Shown in pieces: positions 50,894 through 60,700 of a stretch of DNA of 64,000 nt. The notes below the pieces were generated by a model. The model saw only the letters and a list, made by a program, of their open reading frames with translations, was not told where the DNA came from and ran no database searches. The translations under genes and the position numbers were made by a program. The stretch is taken from the NCBI GenBank assembly GCA_040285745.1, contig JAUFOR010000001.1, forward strand, positions 1,054,001 through 1,118,000, written 5' to 3'. The stretch's first letter is position 1; each line of letters begins with the position of its first letter. This DNA is from Barthelona sp. PCE. Lineage: Eukaryota.

Positions 50894-53605
50894 ATGTCCG
50901 AGTTTAACGATAGGGTTCTTGGGGGTTCCAAATTATTATGGTATCAGCTTCTTGCATTTTTCCGTAAGAATACACTTAAAGCACTTAGATCTGTAGGGTT
51001 CTGGCTTATTCGAATACTGTTGGTTACAATCATCTGTTACACCATATCATTCACTTCAGACCTTGCCAATGGAACGAGTTATAACACTGATGCTGTTGAT
51101 CTAAAGTTAGAAAAATATGGTAAATCTGCAGGTTACTCGGTTAAATGTGATTACGACTATTTTGACTGTGTGCCGCTCATCTATGCACCTAACACTGACT
51201 TTGTCCGTGAACAGTTTGTTTCTAAACTTGCAACTAAATTGGATTTTGATGCTTCTGATGCTGTAGGCGTTGATTCTTTAAGTGATATGAATGATAAAGC
51301 AGCTGAAATCTTCCCCAATCGCTTTGCACTGGGTATACTTTACAATCCAACTGAATATTCAATTGGTGTATTGACGAATCCCAACTTAAATCAAGGTAAT
51401 TACATTGAAGAGAATCTTATGGAGGAACAATTATCCCGTATCTTCATTGATATCGGCATCAATGACACCATGGATATTACAATATCTACATCCGAATGGC
51501 CTCATGATAAATTGAACACTGGTGAAAAATATTCTGCCTCATCCATTATATACAATATTTTTTTCGGTATTGGTTTCTGTACAATTATTTACTTTACATT
51601 ACAACCTGTTGCAGAAGAAAAAGATAAAGGATTCTGGAATTTTTTCAAAACTATGGGTGTTACAAATTCTGCCTACTGGTTAGGTTGGATTCCCTTTATT
51701 TTACTAAGTTTTATTGCATTCTTTGCATTCCTTCTCGTTGGTGCGTGGTATGTGGATGTGGATTTCATGCAGAAAATGGAATTAAAAGTTATTGTTGTCC
51801 TATTCTTATGTTTCTTAATTCCTTTTAGCGGGTTTGTTATTTTCCTTGCTGGTGCACTCCGTACAGCAGGAGCGCGTATCGGTTGGTTCTTTGCTCTTTT
51901 CCTCTGTTCAGCGTTTAGCATACTGTTCAACGCGTTGATTTTTGGTTTCCAAGAGTTTGGCTTCACAATGATTATCCTACGTTTCATTGGTACACTCCCA
52001 GTGATGTCCCTTCAACAATGCATCTTTCTAATAAGTGGAGCTTCGTCAACAAACAACGTTATCGGTCTCAAATGGGATGATTGGGCAAATCTACAGATGA
52101 ATTCGAATAGTTGGTCCTTAATTGGCATTGTGATGTGGGCTAACCTCTGGGGTGTCATTCACATCATCTGTGGTATTTATTTCGACTATCTACGTGCTTC
52201 GATCAAAGGAGGACGTGGCTCACCGTTACTCCCCTTCTTACGTGGTAAGGCTCCTCCTGCAAGCAAACATGATGTTCAGTCCCTTTTCAAGGACGCTGAC
52301 ATCAGGAGAGCTGCAACAATTTCGAATCAAGAAAATGCTATAAATGATCATCCGCTCATTTTGAGAGGTGTTCGACTAACTTACAGCAGTGGTTTTAATT
52401 CCTCCAACAGGAAAGATGCAATCAAGAACGTATCTCTTCCTCTGAAGAGAGGCCAAATCTCATCTTTGTTAGGTTCTAATGGTGCTGCTAAGACTACTAC
52501 ACTTCACACAATCCTCGGTTTACTTGAAGCCACTGGTGGTTCAGTATTTTGCTTTGGAAAGTACGTTATGTCGAACCTCAACTACGTCAGACGCCGTATC
52601 GGTTTTGTCCCACAACATAATGTTGTCTTTGATCATCTTAATGCAATCGAAACCATCAACTTCTATCGAAGAATCCGAGGTCTTAAACCTTCTAATGAAA
52701 AAGCCATTGATGAATTAACAACCTTTGGCCTTGAAGAAGTAGTTTCAGGACGTCGAGTTGGTGCTTTCTCAGGAGGTATGAAACGAAGACTAGCGGTTAT
52801 TATAGGTTTCATTGGCGATTGTCCCCTTCTTTTGTTAGATGAGGCAAGTGCTAACTTGGATCCCCTTTCCAAGCGTACTTTGATGAATGTTATCCTCGGA
52901 AAGATGGAAGAGAACAAGAACATGACTGTATTGGTTACATCACATGATTTGGACGAGGTGTCAGAATTGACAACTGGTGATATTTTCATCATGCATGAAG
53001 GTGAACTCAAAGCTTACGGTCACCCTAATCATTTGCGTCAGAAGTTCGGTAAAGGTTGGACGATTCATTCACATTTCAAAGAGCATGCTGATACAGCTGG
53101 ATTCCGTTTAGCAATTCAAGAAGATCCAAAGTTCACTCATGCTGTCTTTAATAAGCATACTGATGAAGAAGTCTCAATAATCATTCCTCTCGAGAGACAA
53201 GGTGATGTACAAGCGTTACTAAATTGGATTTCTGAAAACGGAGATGAATTCGGACTTGAAACATTCACTGTTGATGTTCCTGGGCTTCATGATGTCTTTA
53301 TGCAAGCCACGAAATATAATCCAGGCTTGGAGGATGTTGGTTCTGTTGACCATACATTTGTTGATATGGATGCTGAAGCACTGATGAATATTTCTGCTGA
53401 AGAAGCAAAGAGTCCCGCCCAACGAGTTATTGTAAGGTTGTTGGATAAGTTACAATCACAAACTGACGAGAATGAAAGATTACGTCGTGAGCTAAGCGAA
53501 CTACGTTCTTTATTATCTGCTCCTGTTGCTGAGACGTATGCACCGAATCCCGTTGAGGATGACTGTATTCCAGTTCCCACTCAAAATGATGTACATAATG
53601 AATAA
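50894..53605 (+). CDS. Half-size ABCA transporter (one TMD with a large exoplasmic loop plus one NBD)
   Basis: QLLAFFRKN N-terminal motif, EEKDKG...MG...YWLGW, GFVPQHN, FSGGMKRRL, LLDE, TSHDLDE, LRQKFGKG. Confidence 0.92.
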   Translation: MSEFNDRVLGGSKLLWYQLLAFFRKNTLKALRSVGFWLIRILLVTIICYTISFTSDLANGTSYNTDAVDLKLEKYGKSAGYSVKCDYDYFDCVPLIYAPNTDFVREQFVSKLATKLDFDASDAVGVDSLSDMNDKAAEIFPNRFALGILYNPTEYSIGVLTNPNLNQGNYIEENLMEEQLSRIFIDIGINDTMDITISTSEWPHDKLNTGEKYSASSIIYNIFFGIGFCTIIYFTLQPVAEEKDKGFWNFFKTMGVTNSAYWLGWIPFILLSFIAFFAFLLVGAWYVDVDFMQKMELKVIVVLFLCFLIPFSGFVIFLAGALRTAGARIGWFFALFLCSAFSILFNALIFGFQEFGFTMIILRFIGTLPVMSLQQCIFLISGASSTNNVIGLKWDDWANLQMNSNSWSLIGIVMWANLWGVIHIICGIYFDYLRASIKGGRGSPLLPFLRGKAPPASKHDVQSLFKDADIRRAATISNQENAINDHPLILRGVRLTYSSGFNSSNRKDAIKNVSLPLKRGQISSLLGSNGAAKTTTLHTILGLLEATGGSVFCFGKYVMSNLNYVRRRIGFVPQHNVVFDHLNAIETINFYRRIRGLKPSNEKAIDELTTFGLEEVVSGRRVGAFSGGMKRRLAVIIGFIGDCPLLLLDEASANLDPLSKRTLMNVILGKMEENKNMTVLVTSHDLDEVSELTTGDIFIMHEGELKAYGHPNHLRQKFGKGWTIHSHFKEHADTAGFRLAIQEDPKFTHAVFNKHTDEEVSIIIPLERQGDVQALLNWISENGDEFGLETFTVDVPGLHDVFMQATKYNPGLEDVGSVDHTFVDMDAEALMNISAEEAKSPAQRVIVRLLDKLQSQTDENERLRRELSELRSLLSAPVAETYAPNPVEDDCIPVPTQNDVHNE

Positions 53606-53626
53606 AACTGTTTTTTTATTTTGTAG

Positions 53627-55096
53627 TTATTTCCTAACCTGTGTTTCAATTGTTAACTGACATTTACCACCAGACAACACAACATCTTCAACCATTGCAA
53701 CACACTCAATAAATGCAGAAGTGTAAGCTTCTTCCTCAGTATGAGTATCTCTCATTTGTTCCAACTTATCAGCAATCGTTCCTTCTAAAACACGTACCTC
53801 ATCCTCCAGTTTCTGTGCTGCTGATTTCTTCCGTTGGACCTCCTCTAAAACCATCTCAAACGTCTTAGGTTTGTATAACTGACGGACCTGACTAAAAACT
53901 TCATCTTCATTCAAATCCAATGATTCTCCAATGATTTCATCCAATGGGTCCTCTAAAATAAGCTGCTTGCGGTATGCTAACGATAATATATTTGGACGGT
54001 TCGGATGTTTCCTTCTACTCTGAAGAAATACCTGCAAAATTTCTAAATCAGCCAATATCTTATGATAGTTGCTCCATAGATAATCAATACATACATGCCC
54101 GAATACACCGATACTCTCTACTTCAAGCTCAGGTGCCTCAAACTCTGGCAAATCATCTAGGTTCAGCATTGCGTCCAAATCATCCAAATCATCCATATTT
54201 AAACTTAACTCCTCACTTGTTTCCTGCGGTAATGGTGGTTGGTCAAAAGCTTCCACTGCAAACGCGCTCTGCGTTGGATCAAAAGCACCCAGATCTATGT
54301 CACCCCAGTCGATTTTATCATCCTCAACTTCATTTTCAAGATATTTCTCCTCTAATACACTCACACTTTGTTCAGCATCAAACGAAGCAGGGTTATCGAG
54401 AGAAAGCATGTGTGTTAGTGTTGTAATATCTAATTCTGAAGAAATTTCAATTTCAAGCTCTTTGTTAAATCTATAAAAAAAATCTATTGCATTCTGGACT
54501 TCTGGACGGAATAGGGATATCGCAAACGACTTTAAGAAACGTGGTAATGAATGCTTTAATAAACGAAGACTGGTACGAAGATCTTCGGCATCAAGGGAAT
54601 GCTTCTTACAGTAATCAGAAAAACTCTTTTTCTCGCGATCTATACTTACTGTGACGTTGTCCACACGGCTCTTGATGTCGTCAATGGATGTGGATAGTTC
54701 TTGTAATTGCTTCTTGCATGAAATGAAAAAGAACTTTGAGCAATCAAAAATAAAGGTGCTCATCAGTGCCAGATGCAACTTATGGTTCTCTAAAAATGTT
54801 ATCAGTTGAGATACGCGTTTGCCCAGATCAGATTTAAACCCAAAAACTCCCTTGTCACCATCTTCTTGAAGAATGCTCTTGCACTTTAGAAGTTGTGGAT
54901 ATGTTATAGACTCTACCTTCCCTGTAATCACATTTGAAAACCTCTCATCTCTCTGAAGATCACTGAAAAGCTCTTCTAATTCTGTTGAAACAGAGGATAG
55001 CTGTTGCTGATAGTCAGTTGGAATAAAATGCCTTAGTTTCAGCCATTCGGTAAGCCTAGACTCGTCAACTGAAAGTTGTTGAATATTCTCGGCCAT
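53627..55096 (-). CDS. CDK5RAP3: CDK5RAP3/C53 (DUF773)
   Basis: SRLTEWLKLRH, ITYPQLLKCKSIL...KGVFG, an acidic central region with IDWG, and DLEILQVFLQSR. First ATG at 55096. Confidence 0.82.
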   Translation of the reverse strand: MAENIQQLSVDESRLTEWLKLRHFIPTDYQQQLSSVSTELEELFSDLQRDERFSNVITGKVESITYPQLLKCKSILQEDGDKGVFGFKSDLGKRVSQLITFLENHKLHLALMSTFIFDCSKFFFISCKKQLQELSTSIDDIKSRVDNVTVSIDREKKSFSDYCKKHSLDAEDLRTSLRLLKHSLPRFLKSFAISLFRPEVQNAIDFFYRFNKELEIEISSELDITTLTHMLSLDNPASFDAEQSVSVLEEKYLENEVEDDKIDWGDIDLGAFDPTQSAFAVEAFDQPPLPQETSEELSLNMDDLDDLDAMLNLDDLPEFEAPELEVESIGVFGHVCIDYLWSNYHKILADLEILQVFLQSRRKHPNRPNILSLAYRKQLILEDPLDEIIGESLDLNEDEVFSQVRQLYKPKTFEMVLEEVQRKKSAAQKLEDEVRVLEGTIADKLEQMRDTHTEEEAYTSAFIECVAMVEDVVLSGGKCQLTIETQVRK

Positions 55097-55427
55097 TGAA
55101 AGGGTGATATGTTGGTAACAAATTACAAAGGTCAAATCATCATCTCCAAATAATTACACGGGCTTCCCTTCGCAAAGATTCCTTCATAAGTTGCCGAATA
55201 ACGTAGTATTGTGTTTACTTTTCTCTTTTGTGGATACAATCGCTGAATATGGATAACCTCCCTCCTACAAGACCTTAAAGTAGCTATTAGTCCTCTTTAT
55301 GGATATACAATCCCCAAAAATATCTGTTTCTGGATTTTTTTCCTCTTCAACAACAGTTTGCTTGTTTAGGGATTTTTTTTAAATAATCACGCACAACTTT
55401 CTTTTATTTCTTCGTTAACTACAAAAA

Positions 55428-55916
55428 ATGCCCACAGCACAACCAATTTCAGAGTGTCAAAATTGCTTAGATTCACAACGAATGATCGACAAATTAGAGG
55501 AATATAACGATGAGCTTGTTGAAAAATGCAAGACATTAAGCCAGGACCTTGATGAGTCCAACGAACTAAACGAAAAACTAAGACAAGAAATTGAAAGTTT
55601 ACGTGCCATTGCAGATGTTGTTCACACACCTATCACATCAACCTTGGTAGACAGAGAGTTGAGTGTTCATGATCGTCGTAGACTGCTTAGGCTTTCTACT
55701 GCAAATATAGACCATATGAACAACAACTAGACGCTGCGATTGATGCTATACAGGTATCTCTTGAATAGGAACAAATAGAGTACAGATTGAGAACAACGTA
55801 TATAAGCAGCTACGTTAACGTGTAAAGTTCAAAATGATAAATAGTTAGCTGAGTTGGAGAGTGATATCCTTGGTGAATTAAAACATTTAAAAAAAAAGAT
55901 ATTTTATATTAAATAA
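55428..55916 (+). pseudogene. Short coiled-coil ORF (55428-55730) followed by apparently decayed coding sequence
   Basis: 100-aa ORF with CQNC and heptads. Downstream fragments in other frames (YEQQLDAAIDAIQVSLE*, IENNVYKQLR*) and in the ORF's own frame (DK*LAELESDILGELK) still look helical but are broken by stops. Confidence 0.4.
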
Positions 55917-56060
55917 AACATTGCTTATTCGAAATATTCCTATATCAACATTGTCCCGTGAACAATGCATAAATAAGTGTAAATGTGAAAAAAATGAGCC
56001 TGAAAGGGTAAAAAAAATGGAAAGCACGTTACTTACATGAATTATAACAGCGGTATTTAT

Positions 56061-56633
56061 TCACTGTTTACGTCGTGCTATGACAAGAATAGAATCATTA
56101 CTGTCCATTTCTTCATACAAAACACACACTAAAATGTCAAAATCTTTGAAAAAAACAATCATCTCTTCTTCTGTATGATTGTTAACATACATATCTCCAT
56201 ACATCTCAGTACCCTCTCCCCTCCAGAATGTGTGACATACTATACCTGCAGTTGACAAACACCGAAGCTGTGAATTTATGGACTGCTCTAATTGTTCATC
56301 TGTAAGAAAATGTAGCACCTTGTTGGAGTATATACAGTCATACTTCTCCTCTGAAATGATATTGGTGGCATCAATCTGCAAATATTCTGCAAATATTCCA
56401 GGATAATTATCATGCAGTCTTGATAGAAACTCTGAGGAATAATCAGATACTGAAACTTGGTATCCCTTTGTTGTCATTATTTGAGCGTCTTTTCCCGGAC
56501 CTGAACCTAATTCTAATACACTAGCCCCCTCAGATAAAAATTCCCCAACCTTCTGAATAATATCGGAACCATCAAAGCCTTCAGCCGCCCTTATGTACTG
56601 ATCTACAGACTCTTTTGTGTTGTAATAATCCAT
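56061..56633 (-). CDS. Class I SAM-dependent methyltransferase, bacterial-like
   Basis: VLELGSGPGKD (motif I), SDYS, IDAT and YDCIYSNKVLHFL; compact, intronless, 190 aa. Confidence 0.9.
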   Translation of the reverse strand: MDYYNTKESVDQYIRAAEGFDGSDIIQKVGEFLSEGASVLELGSGPGKDAQIMTTKGYQVSVSDYSSEFLSRLHDNYPGIFAEYLQIDATNIISEEKYDCIYSNKVLHFLTDEQLEQSINSQLRCLSTAGIVCHTFWRGEGTEMYGDMYVNNHTEEEMIVFFKDFDILVCVLYEEMDSNDSILVIARRKQ

Positions 56634-56767
56634 AATATAATGGGAAACGGGTTAAAAAGAAGAAAACAAACAAAAACTCAAATAGCCTCTATCTGTCAAA
56701 AATACACATATGAACCGAAATTAATTAACATCAAATTTAACTATTAAAAACAATTTACTAGACTGAA

Positions 56768-57478
56768 TTAGCTTTCAGTGATGGCACCTGTTCTACCGTT
56801 AAGGCGGAATGTGCTAGAGTATGCACCGTGCTTGAGAACAGTGGATACGTGATAGTCGAAAAGCATAGAAGCTTCACAAGTGGGAGTGGATGATCCACCA
56901 ATGTTAATAACACTGTTTTTAACAGAGGCCTTACAAGTGTAACCCCACATGCACTCAAAGGAGCTCAGACGGACAGCAGCATCTCTAATATAATAGCCTC
57001 TGTGTTCACTTGTCTGTAAGTTGTAATAACCCTCGATACGAAGATCAAATCGAGCTACAGTCAATGAATAGATGTTCTTAAAGCGAATAGTACATCTGCC
57101 TGATGTACTTCTAGCACCAAACATGCTGAAGATATCATCCTTCAAATGAGGAGGAACACAAGAAATTGAACCCATCTTAGATTCAGTTACAGGCTTGCCT
57201 TTCTCAACAATGTCATACACTTTCTCACCAATGGCAACAACAGCCGCCCAATTAACGTTCTTTGGAGGTGCTGGTTGATCATTTTCGGGTTGATACACTC
57301 GAACATTCTCAACTAATGGCTCTGGTCTATAAGCATCGTCGATAACGATCTCAATCTCTGAGACTGTGTGGTACTTGGGGTCATTTTGATAGCTATCAGG
57401 ATCAAAACCATCCATGTTGTTGGCCATAACGGCAGACGAAAAAATAAGCATAAGACATAATGAAGCTAGGAATTTCAT
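56768..57478 (-). CDS. Secreted pre-pro protein of unknown function, 236 aa
   Basis: MKFLASLCLMLIFSSAVMA signal peptide, acidic/Pro-rich segment, amphipathic helix and beta-rich domain; AGTAAAT just after the stop. Confidence 0.85.
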   Translation of the reverse strand: MKFLASLCLMLIFSSAVMANNMDGFDPDSYQNDPKYHTVSEIEIVIDDAYRPEPLVENVRVYQPENDQPAPPKNVNWAAVVAIGEKVYDIVEKGKPVTESKMGSISCVPPHLKDDIFSMFGARSTSGRCTIRFKNIYSLTVARFDLRIEGYYNLQTSEHRGYYIRDAAVRLSSFECMWGYTCKASVKNSVINIGGSSTPTCEASMLFDYHVSTVLKHGAYSSTFRLNGRTGAITES

Positions 57479-57764
57479 TGAATAAAGCTTGCAAATAAGT
57501 TTTCTAAAGTCAAGATAAGGTAAAAAAATATTAGCAAAATATATGGATGTTTCAGTCTGTATTTGTACAATTGTCCATACAATTGCTGTCGCACAGCCCA
57601 TACACAAGGAAAAATAGCTGAAAGAACACCAGGATCAATCAATTGTACACCTGCTCAATAAATTGTTCATTTATATTTGACTTTTGCAATTCATTAAACA
57701 GTGGAACGCACCTGTTCAGTTGTGGCAGGGCTTCGCACAATCACAAAACTCGAATAAATTGTTT

Positions 57765-60700
57765 TTACTCCATTTCCATCTTTGAATCAAACTCTCCAGC
57801 GTATAAATCAAAGAGCTCCTCTGTTTTCAGATCAGAGACGTCCTGCTCCTTCACAACGCTCGATGCAACAGTCTGTTTGATCACCTGTTGTGACAATATC
57901 TTTTCTTCTATAGTATCCTTAACAATAAGTCTATAAACAGTTACACTATTTGTTTGTCCGAGCCTATGCACTCTGTCCATGGCCTGTAGATCCTGTGCCG
58001 GGTTCGTATCACACTCAAGAAATATAACAGTATCGGCAGATTGAAGATTGAGACCGTGTGAGCCAACTTTGGTTGTTAACAGCATTAAAGAATAGAAAGG
58101 ATCTGTATTGAACGCACGAACCATCTCGTGCCTGTTCTGTTCTGCAACATCACCATCCAAACGTAAATATGCATCTTTGAGACCGATCTTGATGAGCGTT
58201 GACTCGAGCAATGTTAAAGAATCTTTAGATTGAGCAAATACAAGAGCACGATGCTTGGTAGGCTTCAGTTGCCCACTACTTGTAAGATCGGAAGTTTTGG
58301 TAGTTTTATCCTTGCAAATATTACACTCACGCAATAATTCAACAAATGCATCAAATTTGGAAGAGCCATGTTCACATGAAAACTCCTTACCATCAACAAA
58401 TGATCTGTAGAGATCTGCTGCTGTGGGAGACTTGTCGTTTTGCAGCAATGAAGGGTGTGTGCAAATCTTTCGGGAGAGACGATATGTGAGGAGGCCTGCT
58501 GCCTTTGAGGCTGTGATTGCGTCACTCACCAACTCAGACTCTTCAACTAGGGCCAAATAAAGTTCCTCTTCCTCCTTTGTGAACACTACACGACGGTCAA
58601 TGATGTTCTTCGGTGGTAAGTCAGCTAACACAGTTGTCTTCAAACGGCGCAGAACCAACGGGCCTATCTGCTTATGCAGCTTCTTCAGCGGCTCGGTGGT
58701 GAGCTTTCCGCGCAGTGCAGCCTGTTTTCTGACCTTAAACTTACTGTATAGAGCCTCATTGACGCGACGAACTGGATTCTCGACTAAATTCCGAAATTCC
58801 TGATGACTACCCAGAAAACCAGGCATGAGGAACTCGAACACTGCCCAGATGTCTCCCACAGAGTTCTGGACTGGCGTACCTGTCAAAACAAAACGGAAGC
58901 GTGACACTAACTGCACAACTGCATTGAATCTTTTTGACTTGACATTACTGATGTAGTGTCCTTCATCGAGCACAATGAACCCGTAATCAACCTTTGACAA
59001 TGTCTTAATGTTGTTCGTCAGATACTGATACGAGCATACGTATACAGCACCTGTATTCTCATCAGGAATTGCAACATTGTTGGAACCACTGTACATCGAT
59101 ACACCCTTTAAGTTGATAAAGTGTGCGCATTCATCCACCCAATGACCTATGACACTGGCTGGACAAACGACCAAGTGTGGTTTAATCATCTCATCATCTC
59201 TTACCTTTAAGGAGATGGCGCTAAGCATCTGAATGGTCTTACCGAGACCCATGTCATCTGCTAGAATGCCGCCCATACTGACATTACATAAAAGAAGTAA
59301 CCAGCTGACACCAGTAAGTTGATAAGAGCGCAATTTCATATCTGAGGCGAATGGTATATTTGATACATCACTTGTTGCATGTCTACCAAAAATCCCGCTG
59401 ATCAGCGTACGTGATTCTTCCCAAAGTGGACGGAATTTCATTGCAACAACATCAGAAAATATATCAAGAGAAGGAGATATTAAACCCAAAATATCCCCAA
59501 AGACCTTCCGTGATCGGCGTGAGATCATCTGATCCTGGACATTGAAGAAGCGAACCATAAAGCCAACAATCAATATTGTGAATGGAGCAACCGCTTCAAG
59601 CGCTGTGTTCAAGAGATTTTCTAAGAAGGTAAGCATCGTCCATAATTGACCGTTAAACACGCCATTGATGGGGAGCTTGTTTGTTTTGCAGAAATCTTCA
59701 CCAAAATAAACACCATATGTGCTCATTTTGGGAGCATCAATGATCTTTTTAAACACTGTGATGAATTGATTCATGTAAACACCACCAAACCTCTTAACCA
59801 GGTGTGAGAAACAACGCGCGGTGTGTGAGGCAAGGATGGCACCCTCTTGTCCTTTCACCAGCAACCAAATGCAGATTTTGGTGAATTTTTTCATCAATGA
59901 CAAATCTACAAAAGGCATACCAGCCGCATACACAACACTCATTGCCTGCAGCGCAACTGGGGTCATGTCTCTGAGGGGAACAAAGAAAAGCTTGGACATT
60001 AGAGGCATAGTGTCAAAAACACTACCACCATTCTCCAGTAACACGTGCCGGATAGCCTTCTTGATCGGAACACTCATGCCGTACTGTGCGATAACGTCAA
60101 TGAGCAGCCCAATACCCCTTTCCTCGTTAAAGAGCGCAGAAATCTGAATCACAGAGAAAGGGTCAAGCTGCCTTAAATGCTTGAAAACAACAAGAGGAGA
60201 GAAAAAACCCATGCTGTATGTGTCGCCGATTTGAGTAGTGTGGATGAACTCATCACTGAGGATGGAGTCGCTCAATAGAAATGCAAGCATAAAAACAAGC
60301 ACTCCATAATGTTCGTGCATAAAACAAAACTTCAATGTATCGATATGTTTCAGAGTTAACCCGCGAACAACGCGTGTGACGTTGTTTGTACTACGCTGTG
60401 TGCTTTTACGCATGACAGCGCTCTGCTTTTCGAGATCCTGAAGCAACCTTGAGAATTCTGTAAATACGTTCTTCTCATCATATCCTCCGGCAGTCACACT
60501 CACTGTTGATGTGTTGGTCGACATGAGGAACTGATGACCATCTTGCTTCACGAGATGGCTTGCAAAAATTCGAGTGATACCACTGATGTTGGAAGTAATC
60601 ATATTCGTGACTGTTGGATTCCTCTCATACGCCATACGTGTCAACTTATCATCATTAAGATCATTATGAAAGACGACCTCGTGTAAATTCTTTCTGATAT

